Assembly: GCF_000012925.1 (NCBI RefSeq) | Contig: NC_007517.1 | Location: 1,830,001 to 1,862,000 of the forward strand | Direction: 5' to 3' | From: Geobacter metallireducens GS-15 | Lineage (GTDB): Bacteria; Desulfobacterota; Desulfuromonadia; Geobacterales; Geobacteraceae | DNA: 32,000 nt | Shown here: positions 19,265 through 28,600 of the stretch, one piece after another | How the letters are laid out: each line of letters opens with the position of its first letter | Numbering within the stretch: the stretch's first letter is position 1 | Notes under the pieces: generated by a model | What the model was told of the DNA's origin: nothing | The model's input: only the letters and a program-made list of their open reading frames with translations | Databases searched by the model: none | Position numbers and translations under genes: made by a program

Positions 19265-20833
19265 GTGACAAGAAAACCATTAGCCATTGCGATATTGACT
19301 GCTGCACTGTTCATTGCAGCTGTTTCATGTTTCGCGAAAGATACACAGAACGTGGCGGCGGGGCGTGACATCTGGTTTAAGAGCACTTTCGGCGGTGAAC
19401 GATTTTTCAGCCTTATCCTCCCCAATCCTCCCTTCAATCTCCCACTTGGTTTTGACCAGATGCTGACTTGGCCCCGCGACACCCGCTTCAACGAGTTCGG
19501 GGTCATCAATGATCCGGACTGCACCCCTGGTGACGCCTCGACCGGCAACTATGACCGGTGTGCAGATCCAGGGTCCGCGGGCGTGATCGGAATCCGCAAG
19601 TTCCCCAATCCTTCAGGAGGCGCTCCTCTCATCGGCGTTACCTGTGCCGCCTGCCATGCCGGATTTGACCCCAATCATCCCCCCGCTGACCCGAACCATC
19701 CGAAGGCTGAAAACATCCACCCCACCATAGGAAATCAGTATCTGGATATCGGGAAAATTTTCAGGGCCCACCTCTCGCCCCATGACCCACGCTATCAGGT
19801 GTTTTCCAGTTGGGCGCCCGGCACGGTGGACACGACGGTTCTGGAAAATGATCACATCAACAATCCGGGAATGATCACGCCGATCTGGGATGTTCCGGAT
19901 CGTCCGTTCTTTGATGTCACAGTTGGCGGTGTTCCTGTCCGTGCCCATCGCAACGGGCAGGGAGGTGAAGATGATGCCGGCTGCGAAGCAGCTGCGCTCC
20001 GCGTTTACTTCAACATCGGCATGTGCGCTGCGGAATGCATGGTCGGGCACCTCGCCAACGGACCGGGAGGGAGTCAAACTCCCATTGATCTTGCCGAGTG
20101 CAGGAAAGTCTGTCCTGATCTCGTGGAGGCGGAGGGGGCTGTCGGGAAGCTCTGTGCCTTTCTCCAGACTCCCCGTTCTCCGCGCCTGGTGAACGCGCCG
20201 GATGGCCCTCGTCTTGTCGACTGGAAGGTCGTCGAAAAGGGAAAGCAGGTCTTCTTCAACGCGTGCGGATCGTGCCACTCGGACGGAGACCAGTCAGTAG
20301 CGCACAATGTTCTCACCGACGATCTGATCCATCCTTACTCGGAAATCGGCACGAACAGTTGCCGTGCCCGCACGACGAACTGGATGGCAGGGCACATCTG
20401 GGCAGCGTTCTCATCGGACCAGTACAAGGAGCGGCCCACCGGCGGCCCCGGCTTCTACCGCGACATGCCGCTTGTCGGTATCTGGGCGACCGCCCCCTTC
20501 TTCCACAATGACAGGCTGGGCCTCTATAATGGCGACCCGTCAGTGGCCGGTCGAATCGCAGCCTATGAGAATGCGATGGAACTGCTTCTGAATCCGGATA
20601 AGCGGGACGAAGCCGGTTCGATCCTGAGGACCAATGTTGTCGTGCAACTTCCGACTCCGTCAGGTGTCGTGACGCTCCCGGCCGGGACTCCTGTTGCCGC
20701 GTTCGCCAATGTCGACCCTGCAAGCGGCGACAACCTTTGCCCGGATCTCATCGAAAACGAGGGACACTATTTCGGCGCTGATCTTTCTGCGGAAGATAAG
20801 TATGCGCTGACGGAGTTCTTGAAGACGCAATGA
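19265..20833 (+). CDS. Secreted (probably lipoprotein) diheme c-type cytochrome, CCP/MauG-like
   Basis: GTG 19265 has AAGGAGGA 4 nt upstream. Signal peptide with a possible lipobox (LFIAAVSC). Two CXXCH motifs: CAACH (19643-19657) and CGSCH (20264-20278). The C-terminal segment PLVGIWATAPFFHNDRLG resembles the conserved xTAPYFHDG region of diheme peroxidase/MauG-family proteins. Confidence 0.75.
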   Translation: MTRKPLAIAILTAALFIAAVSCFAKDTQNVAAGRDIWFKSTFGGERFFSLILPNPPFNLPLGFDQMLTWPRDTRFNEFGVINDPDCTPGDASTGNYDRCADPGSAGVIGIRKFPNPSGGAPLIGVTCAACHAGFDPNHPPADPNHPKAENIHPTIGNQYLDIGKIFRAHLSPHDPRYQVFSSWAPGTVDTTVLENDHINNPGMITPIWDVPDRPFFDVTVGGVPVRAHRNGQGGEDDAGCEAAALRVYFNIGMCAAECMVGHLANGPGGSQTPIDLAECRKVCPDLVEAEGAVGKLCAFLQTPRSPRLVNAPDGPRLVDWKVVEKGKQVFFNACGSCHSDGDQSVAHNVLTDDLIHPYSEIGTNSCRARTTNWMAGHIWAAFSSDQYKERPTGGPGFYRDMPLVGIWATAPFFHNDRLGLYNGDPSVAGRIAAYENAMELLLNPDKRDEAGSILRTNVVVQLPTPSGVVTLPAGTPVAAFANVDPASGDNLCPDLIENEGHYFGADLSAEDKYALTEFLKTQ

Positions 20834-20859
20834 CGGGGAGATACGAAATTGAAGGGGGG

Positions 20860-20936
20860 TGGCGCGCCCGGAGAGATTCGAACTCCCGACACCCAGGTTC
20901 GAAGCCTGGTGCTCTATCCAGCTGAGCTACGGGCGC
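20860..20936 (-). tRNA. tRNA-Arg (anticodon UCG)
   Basis: Reverse complement is GCGCCCGTAGCTCAGCTGGATAGAGCACCAGGCTTCGAACCTGGGTGTCGGGAGTTCGAATCTCTCCGGGCGCGCCA. It folds as a full cloverleaf with anticodon loop CUUCGAA, a 5-nt variable loop and an encoded CCA. Length 77 nt. Confidence 0.93.
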
Positions 20937-21104
20937 ATTGCAAAAAGAAGCCCCCGTAACGGGGGCAAATGAAAAAAATGCTTTCTCTGATCTATACCAC
21001 GTATCGGCGACTGTTACCAGAACTTGAGGATTAATCTTAAGGAAATCCGGAGAAAGTCAGCGCAACAACCGTAATGAAACACGACAGAGGAAGGGAGGAA
21101 GACC

Positions 21105-21548
21105 ATGCAATTACCGAAACTTGTATGCGTGTGCTGTGTGCTGGCGTTAGTGGGGGCAACGGCTGGAACTTACAATGACGCAAGGGCAGCCGAAGAGAAA
21201 CCCGTGACTGATACCAGTGCAAGCCTTAAGGAGATGCCCCTCCTGGATGGAGAGGTCTGGCAAGCCATGACTGCCAGTGAAAGGATTGCTTTCATCTGGG
21301 GGATCGGGCATGTCGTGACGATGGAACGCGAAGCCGCGGAGCAACGACCGGAACTGAAGAAAGCAGGACTCGCGGCGAAAATGGCGGAAGGATTGTCCGG
21401 AATCCCCATGAATGAAATCACCGGAATGATCACTGAATACTACAAAGAAAATCCTGGCTCACTGAAAGAACCGGTGATGAAGGTTCTTTGGGACAGGATT
21501 GTCAATCCGAGGATAAAGGCCGGTTTTGTTGAAGGGACAAAGGAGTAG
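21105..21548 (+). CDS. Hypothetical exported protein (147 aa)
   Basis: GGGAGG SD lies 6 nt upstream. The N-terminal signal-like segment is MQLPKLVCVCCVLALVGATAG. The rest is predicted helical. I recognise no family. Confidence 0.6.
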   Translation: MQLPKLVCVCCVLALVGATAGTYNDARAAEEKPVTDTSASLKEMPLLDGEVWQAMTASERIAFIWGIGHVVTMEREAAEQRPELKKAGLAAKMAEGLSGIPMNEITGMITEYYKENPGSLKEPVMKVLWDRIVNPRIKAGFVEGTKE

Positions 21549-21629
21549 GATGATAGTGGGAAATGGATATTCAACGATAAGGCATCGCCAAACAGTTCGT
21601 GCGTGGCGTTGACACAAAGGAGATATCTG

Positions 21630-21860
21630 ATGAAACCAAAAAGATTTATCGCAATAGCTGCCTTGGTTTCGGTAACAGCTGGTTGTGCGGGGATGACTCC
21701 AACCCAGCAGCGCACATTAAGCGGAGGCGCCATCGGTGCTGCGGGTGGAGCCCTGCTTACCGGAATCGCTGGAGGAAATGCCGCGGTCGGAGCTACTCTC
21801 GGTGGCGCGGCCGGAGCTCTTACCGGCTACATCCTTGGTGGGGGACACCACAAACGATAA
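21630..21860 (+). CDS. Glycine-zipper small lipoprotein (OsmB/YMGG-like)
   Basis: AAAGGAG lies 7 nt upstream of ATG 21630. Lipoprotein signal MKPKRFIAIAALVSVTAGC. Glycine-zipper repeats GGAIGAAGGALLTGIAGGNAAVGATLGGAAGALTGYILGG. Confidence 0.75.
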   Translation: MKPKRFIAIAALVSVTAGCAGMTPTQQRTLSGGAIGAAGGALLTGIAGGNAAVGATLGGAAGALTGYILGGGHHKR

Positions 21861-21876
21861 AATGGCCTCTATGATC

Positions 21877-21926
21877 TGCAAACAAGCGGGGGGCATCTGG
21901 TATCCGGTGCCCCCCGCTTGTTTGCA
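21877..21926. terminator. Perfect 19-bp inverted repeat hairpin between convergent genes (probable bidirectional terminator)
   Basis: TGCAAACAAGCGGGGGGCA (21877-21895), a 12-nt loop, then TGCCCCCCGCTTGTTTGCA (21908-21926). It sits between the glycine-zipper gene stop (21860) and the skp stop (21956). No strong U-tract is present. Confidence 0.55.
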
Positions 21927-21955
21927 TTACGATGACTCCCGCAAACAGGAGAGAC

Positions 21956-22579
21956 TTACCGGATGCTTTTTAATATATCTTCCGTCACATCTTTCACATC
22001 GACCTTGTCGCCAAGATAGAGCAGGTCACGCTTCGGTACGATTACGGCAAATCCGTTGGCTTTGCCGTAATCGTCAGCAGCCTTCTGAATAGCCTTGGAC
22101 ATTGATTCTGTCAATTCTCCCTCGGTTTTCCGCATCGCTTTCTCGGCGTCCTGAACGTACTTCTGATATTCTCCGACCTTTTTCTCCAATTCCTTTACCT
22201 TTGCCTGTCGTTGTTGTGACGTGAGGCTGGGCAGCTTCGCTTCAATATCCTTCTTCATATTTTCGAGCTTTTTTTGCCGTGCGGTAATCTGTGAACGGTA
22301 TTTTTCGGTTTTTTCCTTCATCTTGGCACTTGCTGCCTTGCCGGGAGCCGAATCAGTGGCAATTTTCGATAAATCTACGTACCCGATTTTCATGGGCTGT
22401 TGGGCTTGTGATGGCTCTGCGAGCTTTGGGGGTTCGGCGGTTTTAAGTAGTTCAGGGGCTGGTTGGAGAATCTTTGGCGGTTCGGCGGCCGGTTGCGGGA
22501 GAACCTTTGGGGACTCTTCTGCCATGGCGGAAAAGGAGACGAGGCAGAGAAGGAGGGCAATGCTGGCGATTGGCTTCAT
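21956..22579 (-). CDS. skp: OmpH/Skp family periplasmic chaperone
   Basis: Signal peptide MKPIASIALLLCLVSFSAMA. Skp-like core KIGYVDLSKIATDS ... coiled-coil KxxE-rich arm ... AVIVPKRDLLYLGDKVDVT. A Pro-rich repeat segment (AAEPPKILQPAPELLKTAEPPKLAEP) precedes the core. It is not located next to bamA/lpxD here. Confidence 0.75.
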   Translation of the reverse strand: MKPIASIALLLCLVSFSAMAEESPKVLPQPAAEPPKILQPAPELLKTAEPPKLAEPSQAQQPMKIGYVDLSKIATDSAPGKAASAKMKEKTEKYRSQITARQKKLENMKKDIEAKLPSLTSQQRQAKVKELEKKVGEYQKYVQDAEKAMRKTEGELTESMSKAIQKAADDYGKANGFAVIVPKRDLLYLGDKVDVKDVTEDILKSIR

Positions 22580-22816
22580 AGGGCACCTCTTGCGAAATGT
22601 TGAACTGCATCACGGGACGAAGATACGCGGTTTGCACAATTCAGGCAAACAAAACCGTATGTTATGCACATTTCCCCCGATGTCAGAAGGAGTTGTACAA
22701 CGTTGGGATAACTCACCAACTTTCGCCTTGACAGGGGGGGGATTTTAGTGAACATAACGACGGTAGTTGTGCCGTGCCATCAATGTTGATTGGATGGGAA
22801 AATTTTTTTCAACGTT

Positions 22817-22845
22817 TTGCAGGGCTCTATCGTTTATTTGACAAT
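22817..22845 (+). promoter_or_regulatory. Candidate promoter of the efflux operon (TTGCAG-N17-GACAAT)
   Basis: Hexamers at 22817-22822 and 22840-22845, about 75 nt upstream of the outer-membrane-factor gene. Confidence 0.25.
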
Positions 22846-22919
22846 GGAAGAAAAAAACCGTTCGACCCCAAAAGGGAACAAACGCACTGCTTGATGGCCA
22901 TTTGAGGAGGAATTGACGA

Positions 22920-24419
22920 ATGAAACGGATGTGTGCTGCCCTGTGCCTCTGTCTTGCCGCGGTCCCAGCTTCGGCTGCGGAAGGCCAGATCTCACTGCCC
23001 CTTGCGGAGGCAGTCAGGAGTGCCGTCGAAAAGAATCTTGACGTTAAAGCCGAGCTTTACAATCCCGCCATGGCCCAGGCCGATATCCGGAAGAACGAAG
23101 GGATCTATGACACAACCCTCCGTTTGACCACGGATTTCAACTATTCAGTTACTGAACCAGCCAGCTCATTTCTTACCGGCAGTCTCACTAACCGGCAGAA
23201 AACCTTCGATATCAATCCTGGCATAAGCCAGCTCATACCGATAGGCGGAACCCTCGGGCTGACCTTCAACAACACGTACAACAGCAATAATTCTACGAGA
23301 TCCTTCAATAATTACTGGAATTCCGACCTTACCGTGAACCTTACCCAGCCGTTGTTGAAAAATTTCGGCAGGGAACCGACCGAGCTTGCCATCATGGTGG
23401 CGCGAAACAGCAAGGGGGAGTCCCTGGAGCGCTTCAGGACCACGCTTTCTGACACGGTTGCGCGGGTGAGGAATGAGTACTTCAAGCTCTACAGCCTGCG
23501 CGGGGATCTGGAGGTGAAAACCACCTCTTTGCTCCTGGCCCGGAAGATTCTCGACGACACCAAGGCTCGGGTAAAGGCGGGGGTTCTGCCTGCCATGGAG
23601 ATCCTTAATGCCGAGTTTGGGGTGGCGAGCCGGGAGAAGGATCTGATCGATGCGGAAAAGGCGGTGCGCGACCAGAATGACGTGCTGAGGGTGCTCCTGC
23701 AGCTTACGGGCAGGGACGAGATTGTCCCGGTCGACATGCCGACGAAAGAACCCTTCGCCGTCAACGAGAAGGAGATGGTCAAGCGCGCCCTGGACAATCG
23801 CTCCGAAATCAGAGAGCAGTTGGCCGCCCTCAAATCGAGGGAGCTTGAAATGCGGGTGGCCCACAACAGGACGCTTCCCGACCTGAACCTGAGCGCCAGC
23901 GCTGCGCTGACCGGCCTTGATTCCCACTACAACCGGGATATGGAAAAGATCGGTTCGGCTGATTATCCGGTTTGGGGCGTAGGATTGCAGTTCGCGTATC
24001 CCTTGGGCAACAATGCCGCCGAGAACGATTACATCAGAAGCAAGCTCCGCTTGGAGCAAGCCAGGACCCAGGTGCGCAGCCTCGAAGCGAATGTGGAGAA
24101 CGATGTCAAGGCAGCCATCCGGGGGGTGGAGTCGGGATACAAGCAAATTGATGTTACCGAGCGGGGCAGGGCCTTTGCCGAAGAGCGGCTTCGGTCCTTC
24201 ATCAAGAAGAACGAAGTGGGGCTTGCCACCACAAAGGATGTACTCGATGTGGAAAACGATCTGGCCGCAGCCAAGATCAACCAGATCAATGCCTTGGTCG
24301 GGTACACCGATGCCATAACCCAGCTCTGGCGGACCACGGGAGAAATCCTCGACCGGACAGGGGTTCAGTTGTCGGACACGGAGGGTGATTCCCTCTACGA
24401 GCGGCACGTCCACAACTGA
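22920..24419 (+). CDS. TolC-family outer membrane efflux protein
   Basis: GAGGAGG SD. Signal peptide MKRMCAALCLCLAAVPASA. Two-fold repeated OEP architecture (LSLPLAEAVRSAVEKNLDVKA..., ... ALVGYTDAITQLWRTTG). It is the first gene of the OMF-MFP-RND unit. Confidence 0.88.
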   Translation: MKRMCAALCLCLAAVPASAAEGQISLPLAEAVRSAVEKNLDVKAELYNPAMAQADIRKNEGIYDTTLRLTTDFNYSVTEPASSFLTGSLTNRQKTFDINPGISQLIPIGGTLGLTFNNTYNSNNSTRSFNNYWNSDLTVNLTQPLLKNFGREPTELAIMVARNSKGESLERFRTTLSDTVARVRNEYFKLYSLRGDLEVKTTSLLLARKILDDTKARVKAGVLPAMEILNAEFGVASREKDLIDAEKAVRDQNDVLRVLLQLTGRDEIVPVDMPTKEPFAVNEKEMVKRALDNRSEIREQLAALKSRELEMRVAHNRTLPDLNLSASAALTGLDSHYNRDMEKIGSADYPVWGVGLQFAYPLGNNAAENDYIRSKLRLEQARTQVRSLEANVENDVKAAIRGVESGYKQIDVTERGRAFAEERLRSFIKKNEVGLATTKDVLDVENDLAAAKINQINALVGYTDAITQLWRTTGEILDRTGVQLSDTEGDSLYERHVHN

Positions 24420-24459
24420 AACCATCCTCTCATCGCTCCAAACCCACCGGAGATACACC

Positions 24460-25683
24460 ATGAATCTATCTCTCTCGCCCCGCGACCCGTCGAGAAGCGG
24501 CATCCTGTCCCGTCGCGTTCGCCGACTGGTCGTGCAGGGGGCAGCTTATTCTCTCATTGTCACACTTGCCGCCTGCGCCAAGAAAGAGCAGAAACCTGCT
24601 GCCAAGCCGCCGGTCCCGGTAGCGATCGCCACGGTCGAGCGAAAGACCGTCCCGGTCCAGATCAAGGCCATCGGCAACGTGGAGCCCTACGCTACCGTGG
24701 CCGTCAAGGCTCAGGTGAACGGCGAGGTGCTGAAGGTCCATTTCACCGAGGGACAGGACGTGAAACGGGGTGACCTCCTTTTCGCCATTGACCCGCGCAC
24801 CTATCAGGCAGCAGTGAAGAAAGCCGAAGCCAATCTTTCCCGTAACCTCGTCCAGGCACGGAACGCCCGGCAGGACGCGGAGCGCTACGCCCAACTGGTG
24901 AAGGAGGGCATCGTGACTTCGGAGCAGTACGAGCAGTACCGGACCAGGGCCGAGGCCTTTGCCGCCGATGTGTCCGCCGACCGGGCCGCCGTCGAGAACG
25001 CGAAGGTGGAGCTTTCCTACTGCTTCATCCGCTCCCCCTTGACCGGCCGCACCGGGAATCTGGCGGTCCATGCGGGGAACATCGTAAAGGCCAATGAGAA
25101 CCCCCCCCTGGTCACCATCAACCAGATTACGCCGGTCTACGTGGCGTTTTCCATCCCCGAAAAGGACCTCGCCGAGGTCAAGCGCCGCATGGCTGCAGGA
25201 AAGCTGGCGGTGGAGGCGACCATTCCCAACGATGCCGGTCCCGCTGAGCAGGGGATGATCTCCTTCCTCGACAACACGGTTGACGTGGCCACCGGCACCA
25301 TCAAACTCAAGGGGACCTTCGAGAACAGGGCACGTCGCCTCTGGCCCGGGCAGTTCGCCAACGTGGTTGTGACCCTCGCGGCCAGGCCCAATGCGATTGT
25401 GGTCCCGGCCCAGGCGATTCAGACCGGCCAGAGCGGTCCCTATGTCTTTGTGGTAAAGGCTGACTCTTCGGTAGAAATCCGGCCGGTGACGCCGGGCATT
25501 GCCTACGAAGGGGTCACCATTATCGAGCAGGGGCTCGCGCCCGGTGAAAGGGTTGTGACCGACGGCCAGATGAGGCTCACGCCCAAGGCCAGGGTGACGG
25601 AAAAACCGGGACCGGGGACCAGGGACCAAGGGCCGGCAAACCCCCGGCAAGCTTCTGGCCAGCCCAAGGGCCAGCAACCATGA
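24460..25683 (+). CDS. Efflux RND periplasmic adaptor (membrane fusion protein), lipoprotein
   Basis: Lipobox IVTLAAC. HlyD/AcrA-like motifs (GNVEPYATVAVKAQVNGEVLKVHFTEGQDVKRGDLLFAIDP; SYCFIRSPLTGRTG; PAQAIQTGQSGPYVFVV). Start at ATG 24460; the track's 24385 start overlaps the tolC-like gene. Confidence 0.9.
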   Translation: MNLSLSPRDPSRSGILSRRVRRLVVQGAAYSLIVTLAACAKKEQKPAAKPPVPVAIATVERKTVPVQIKAIGNVEPYATVAVKAQVNGEVLKVHFTEGQDVKRGDLLFAIDPRTYQAAVKKAEANLSRNLVQARNARQDAERYAQLVKEGIVTSEQYEQYRTRAEAFAADVSADRAAVENAKVELSYCFIRSPLTGRTGNLAVHAGNIVKANENPPLVTINQITPVYVAFSIPEKDLAEVKRRMAAGKLAVEATIPNDAGPAEQGMISFLDNTVDVATGTIKLKGTFENRARRLWPGQFANVVVTLAARPNAIVVPAQAIQTGQSGPYVFVVKADSSVEIRPVTPGIAYEGVTIIEQGLAPGERVVTDGQMRLTPKARVTEKPGPGTRDQGPANPRQASGQPKGQQP

Positions 25684-28600
25684 GCATCGCCGAGGTTTTC
25701 ATCCGGCGGCCGGTCATGACGAGCCTCGTCATGCTGGCTGTCATGCTCTTCGGTCTCCTCGCCTACAGCAAGCTGCCGGTCAACGACCTTCCCACCGTCG
25801 ACTATCCGACCATCCAGGTTTCCGCCAGCCTTCCCGGCGCCAACCCCGACACCATGGCCGCGTCGGTGGCGCTCCCCCTGGAGCGGGAGTTCTCAACCAT
25901 AGCCGGCGTGGACTCCATGAACTCCACCAACGGTCTCGGAACGTCCCGCATCACCATCAAATTCACCCTGGAGCGCGACATCGACGCCGCCGCCCAGGAT
26001 GTCCAGGCAGCCATCTCCCGGGCCCAACGCCAGCTCCCCCAAGACATGCCGGCTCCACCGTCGTTCCAGAAGGTTAACCCGGCGGACCAGGCAGTTCTCT
26101 ATCTGGCCCTCAGCTCGCCGACGCTTCCCCTGTCAACGGTCAATGACTATGCCGAAGCCATGATCGCCCAGCGGATTTCCATGGTTAACGGCGTGGCCTC
26201 GGTGCAGGTCAACGGTTCCCAGAAGTACGCGGTGCGGGTCCAGGTGGACCCCAAGGCGCTTGCGGCCCGCAAGATCGGCATCGACGAGGTGGCCCAGGCC
26301 CTGGAGCGCGGAAACGTGAACCTCCCCACCGGCACCCTCCAGGGAAAGCACGAGGCCCTAACGATCCAGACCAGCGGCCAGCTCTATAGCGCCAAGGAGT
26401 ATGAGCCGCTCATCGTTGCCTACCGCAACGGTTCGCCGGTCCGCCTCGGGGAGATCGGCAAGGTCATCGACAGTGTGGAGAACGACAAGGTTGCCGGCTG
26501 GTACAAGCAGACCCGCGCCATCATCCTCGCCATCCAGCGCCAGCCCGGCACCAACACCATCGAGGTGGTGAACCGTATCAAGGAGCTGATTCCCCACTTC
26601 CGCTCGCAACTCCCCGCCTCGGTGGACCTGAACATCCTTTTCGACCGGACCGGGGGGATCAAGGAGTCGGTGGCCGACGTGAAGTTCACCATGATGCTCA
26701 CCATCTGTCTCGTCATCCTGGTGATTTTCCTCTTTCTGCGCAACCTCCCCGCCACACTGATTCCGAGCCTCGCCCTGCCACTCTCCATCGTCGGAGCCTT
26801 TTCAGCCATGTACCTGATGGGGTTCTCGGTCAACAACATAACCCTCATGGCCCTGACCCTTTCGGTGGGCTTCGTGGTGGACGACGCCATTGTCATGCTG
26901 GAGAACATCGTTCGACACCTGGAGAAGGGAGAGGACCCCAGGGAGGCGTCGTTGCGCGGCTCCCGGGAGATCGGCTTCACCATTGTCTCCATGACCATTT
27001 CGCTGGTGGCGGTCTTCATTCCGGTTCTCTTCATGCAGGGGATGCTCGGTCGGCTCCTCCACGAATTCGCCGTCACCATCAGCCTAGCGATCCTCATCTC
27101 CGGTTTCGTTTCCCTCTCGCTCACCCCCATGCTCTGCAGCCGCTTCCTCCGTCCCCATGGCGAGCAGCGCCACGGCCGGTTCTACAATTTCATGGAGCGC
27201 TTCTTCAACGGCATGTACCGCTTCTATGAAGTGACCCTGGCGCGAGTCCTGAGGCTTCGCCGGACGGTGCTGGCCGGCACGCTGGTCTTGACGCTCCTCA
27301 CCATCTGGCTCTTTACCAAGGTACCCACGGGCCTGTTGCCGAGCGACGACATCGGTGCCATCTTCGCCATGACCGAAGGGGCCCAGGGAATCTCCTTCGA
27401 GGAGATGAAGGCCAAGCAGCAGCAACTGGCGGCCATCGTGCTCCAGGACCCGAACGTGGAGGCGTTCATGTCGACGGCGGGCGCCAGCGGGAGCCGTGTG
27501 TCGTCCAACTCGGGTTTCATGTTCATCCGCCTCAAGCCCCGCCAGGAGCGGAAGCTGAACGCCGATCAGGTGATTCAGCAGTTGCGTCCCAAGGTAATGG
27601 GGGTGCCGGGGATTGTCATGTTCCTCCAGAACCCGCCGCCGATCCGCCTGGAGGCCCGGCTGGCGAAAAGCCAGTACCAGTTCGTGCTCCAGAGCCCCGA
27701 CACCGAGGATCTCTACGCGCGCGCGGCCGAACTGGAGGCAAAGCTGAAGCAGGTGCCGTTGCTGCTGGACGTGACGAGCGACCTTCAGCTTCAGAATCCA
27801 CAGGTTCAGCTGGACATCGACCGGGACAAGGCATCGGCCCTCGGGGTCACCGCCCATCAGGTAGAGGACGCACTGTACTACGCCTACGGTGCACGGCAGG
27901 TCACCACCATCTTCGCCCCCGACAATCAGTATAAGGTGATTCTGGAACTGGAGCCCCAATATCAGACCGATCCTACAGCCCTCTCCATGCTCTACATCCG
28001 CTCCCAGAAGGGGGATCTGGTCCCCCTGAATACGCTGGCAAACCTGCGGCGCACCCTCGGCCCCCTGTCGGTGAACCATCTGGGGCAGATCCCGGCGGTG
28101 ACCATCTCCTTCAACCTGCGGCCCGACACCCCCCTGAGCGAGGCGGTGTCAGCCATCGAAAAGGTGAGCCGCGAGACGCTTCCCGCCACCTTCACCACAA
28201 GCTTCCAGGGGGTTGCCCAGGCCTATCAGCAGTCAACCACGGGGCTCACGGTTCTGATTATCATGGCGATTGTTGTTATCTACATCGTTCTCGGCATCCT
28301 CTACGAGAGCTACATCCATCCGATCACCATCCTGTCGGGATTGCCTTCAGCCGGTTTCGGGGCGCTGATCACCCTCATGATTTTCGGCAAGGAGCTGAAC
28401 CTCTATGGTTTCGTGGGCCTTATCATGCTGATCGGCATCGTCAAGAAGAACGCCATCATGATGATCGACTTCGCGCTGGAGGCCCAGCGCAGTGAAGGGA
28501 TGCCCCCCCTGGAGGCGATCCACCAAGGCGCCCTTGTCCGTTTTCGTCCCATTATGATGACCACCATGGCGGCTCTCATGGGAACCCTTCCCATTGCCCT

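Noticed and set aside
22734-22741. G8 homopolymer directly after a perfect TTGACA hexamer in the skp/efflux intergenic region, considered as a possible phase-variable promoter spacer
   Set aside because: No acceptable -10 hexamer lies at 16-18 nt. G8 runs also occur in frame inside the MCP gene (12654-12661) and the decarboxylase gene (15941-15948). The tract therefore looks compositional rather than a contingency locus.
23166-28079. Long minus-strand ORFs (445, 403 and 331 aa) across the TolC-MFP-RND operon
   Set aside because: These are shadow ORFs antisense to strongly recognisable efflux genes. Their composition is biased toward R/G/P/H/L and shows no motifs.
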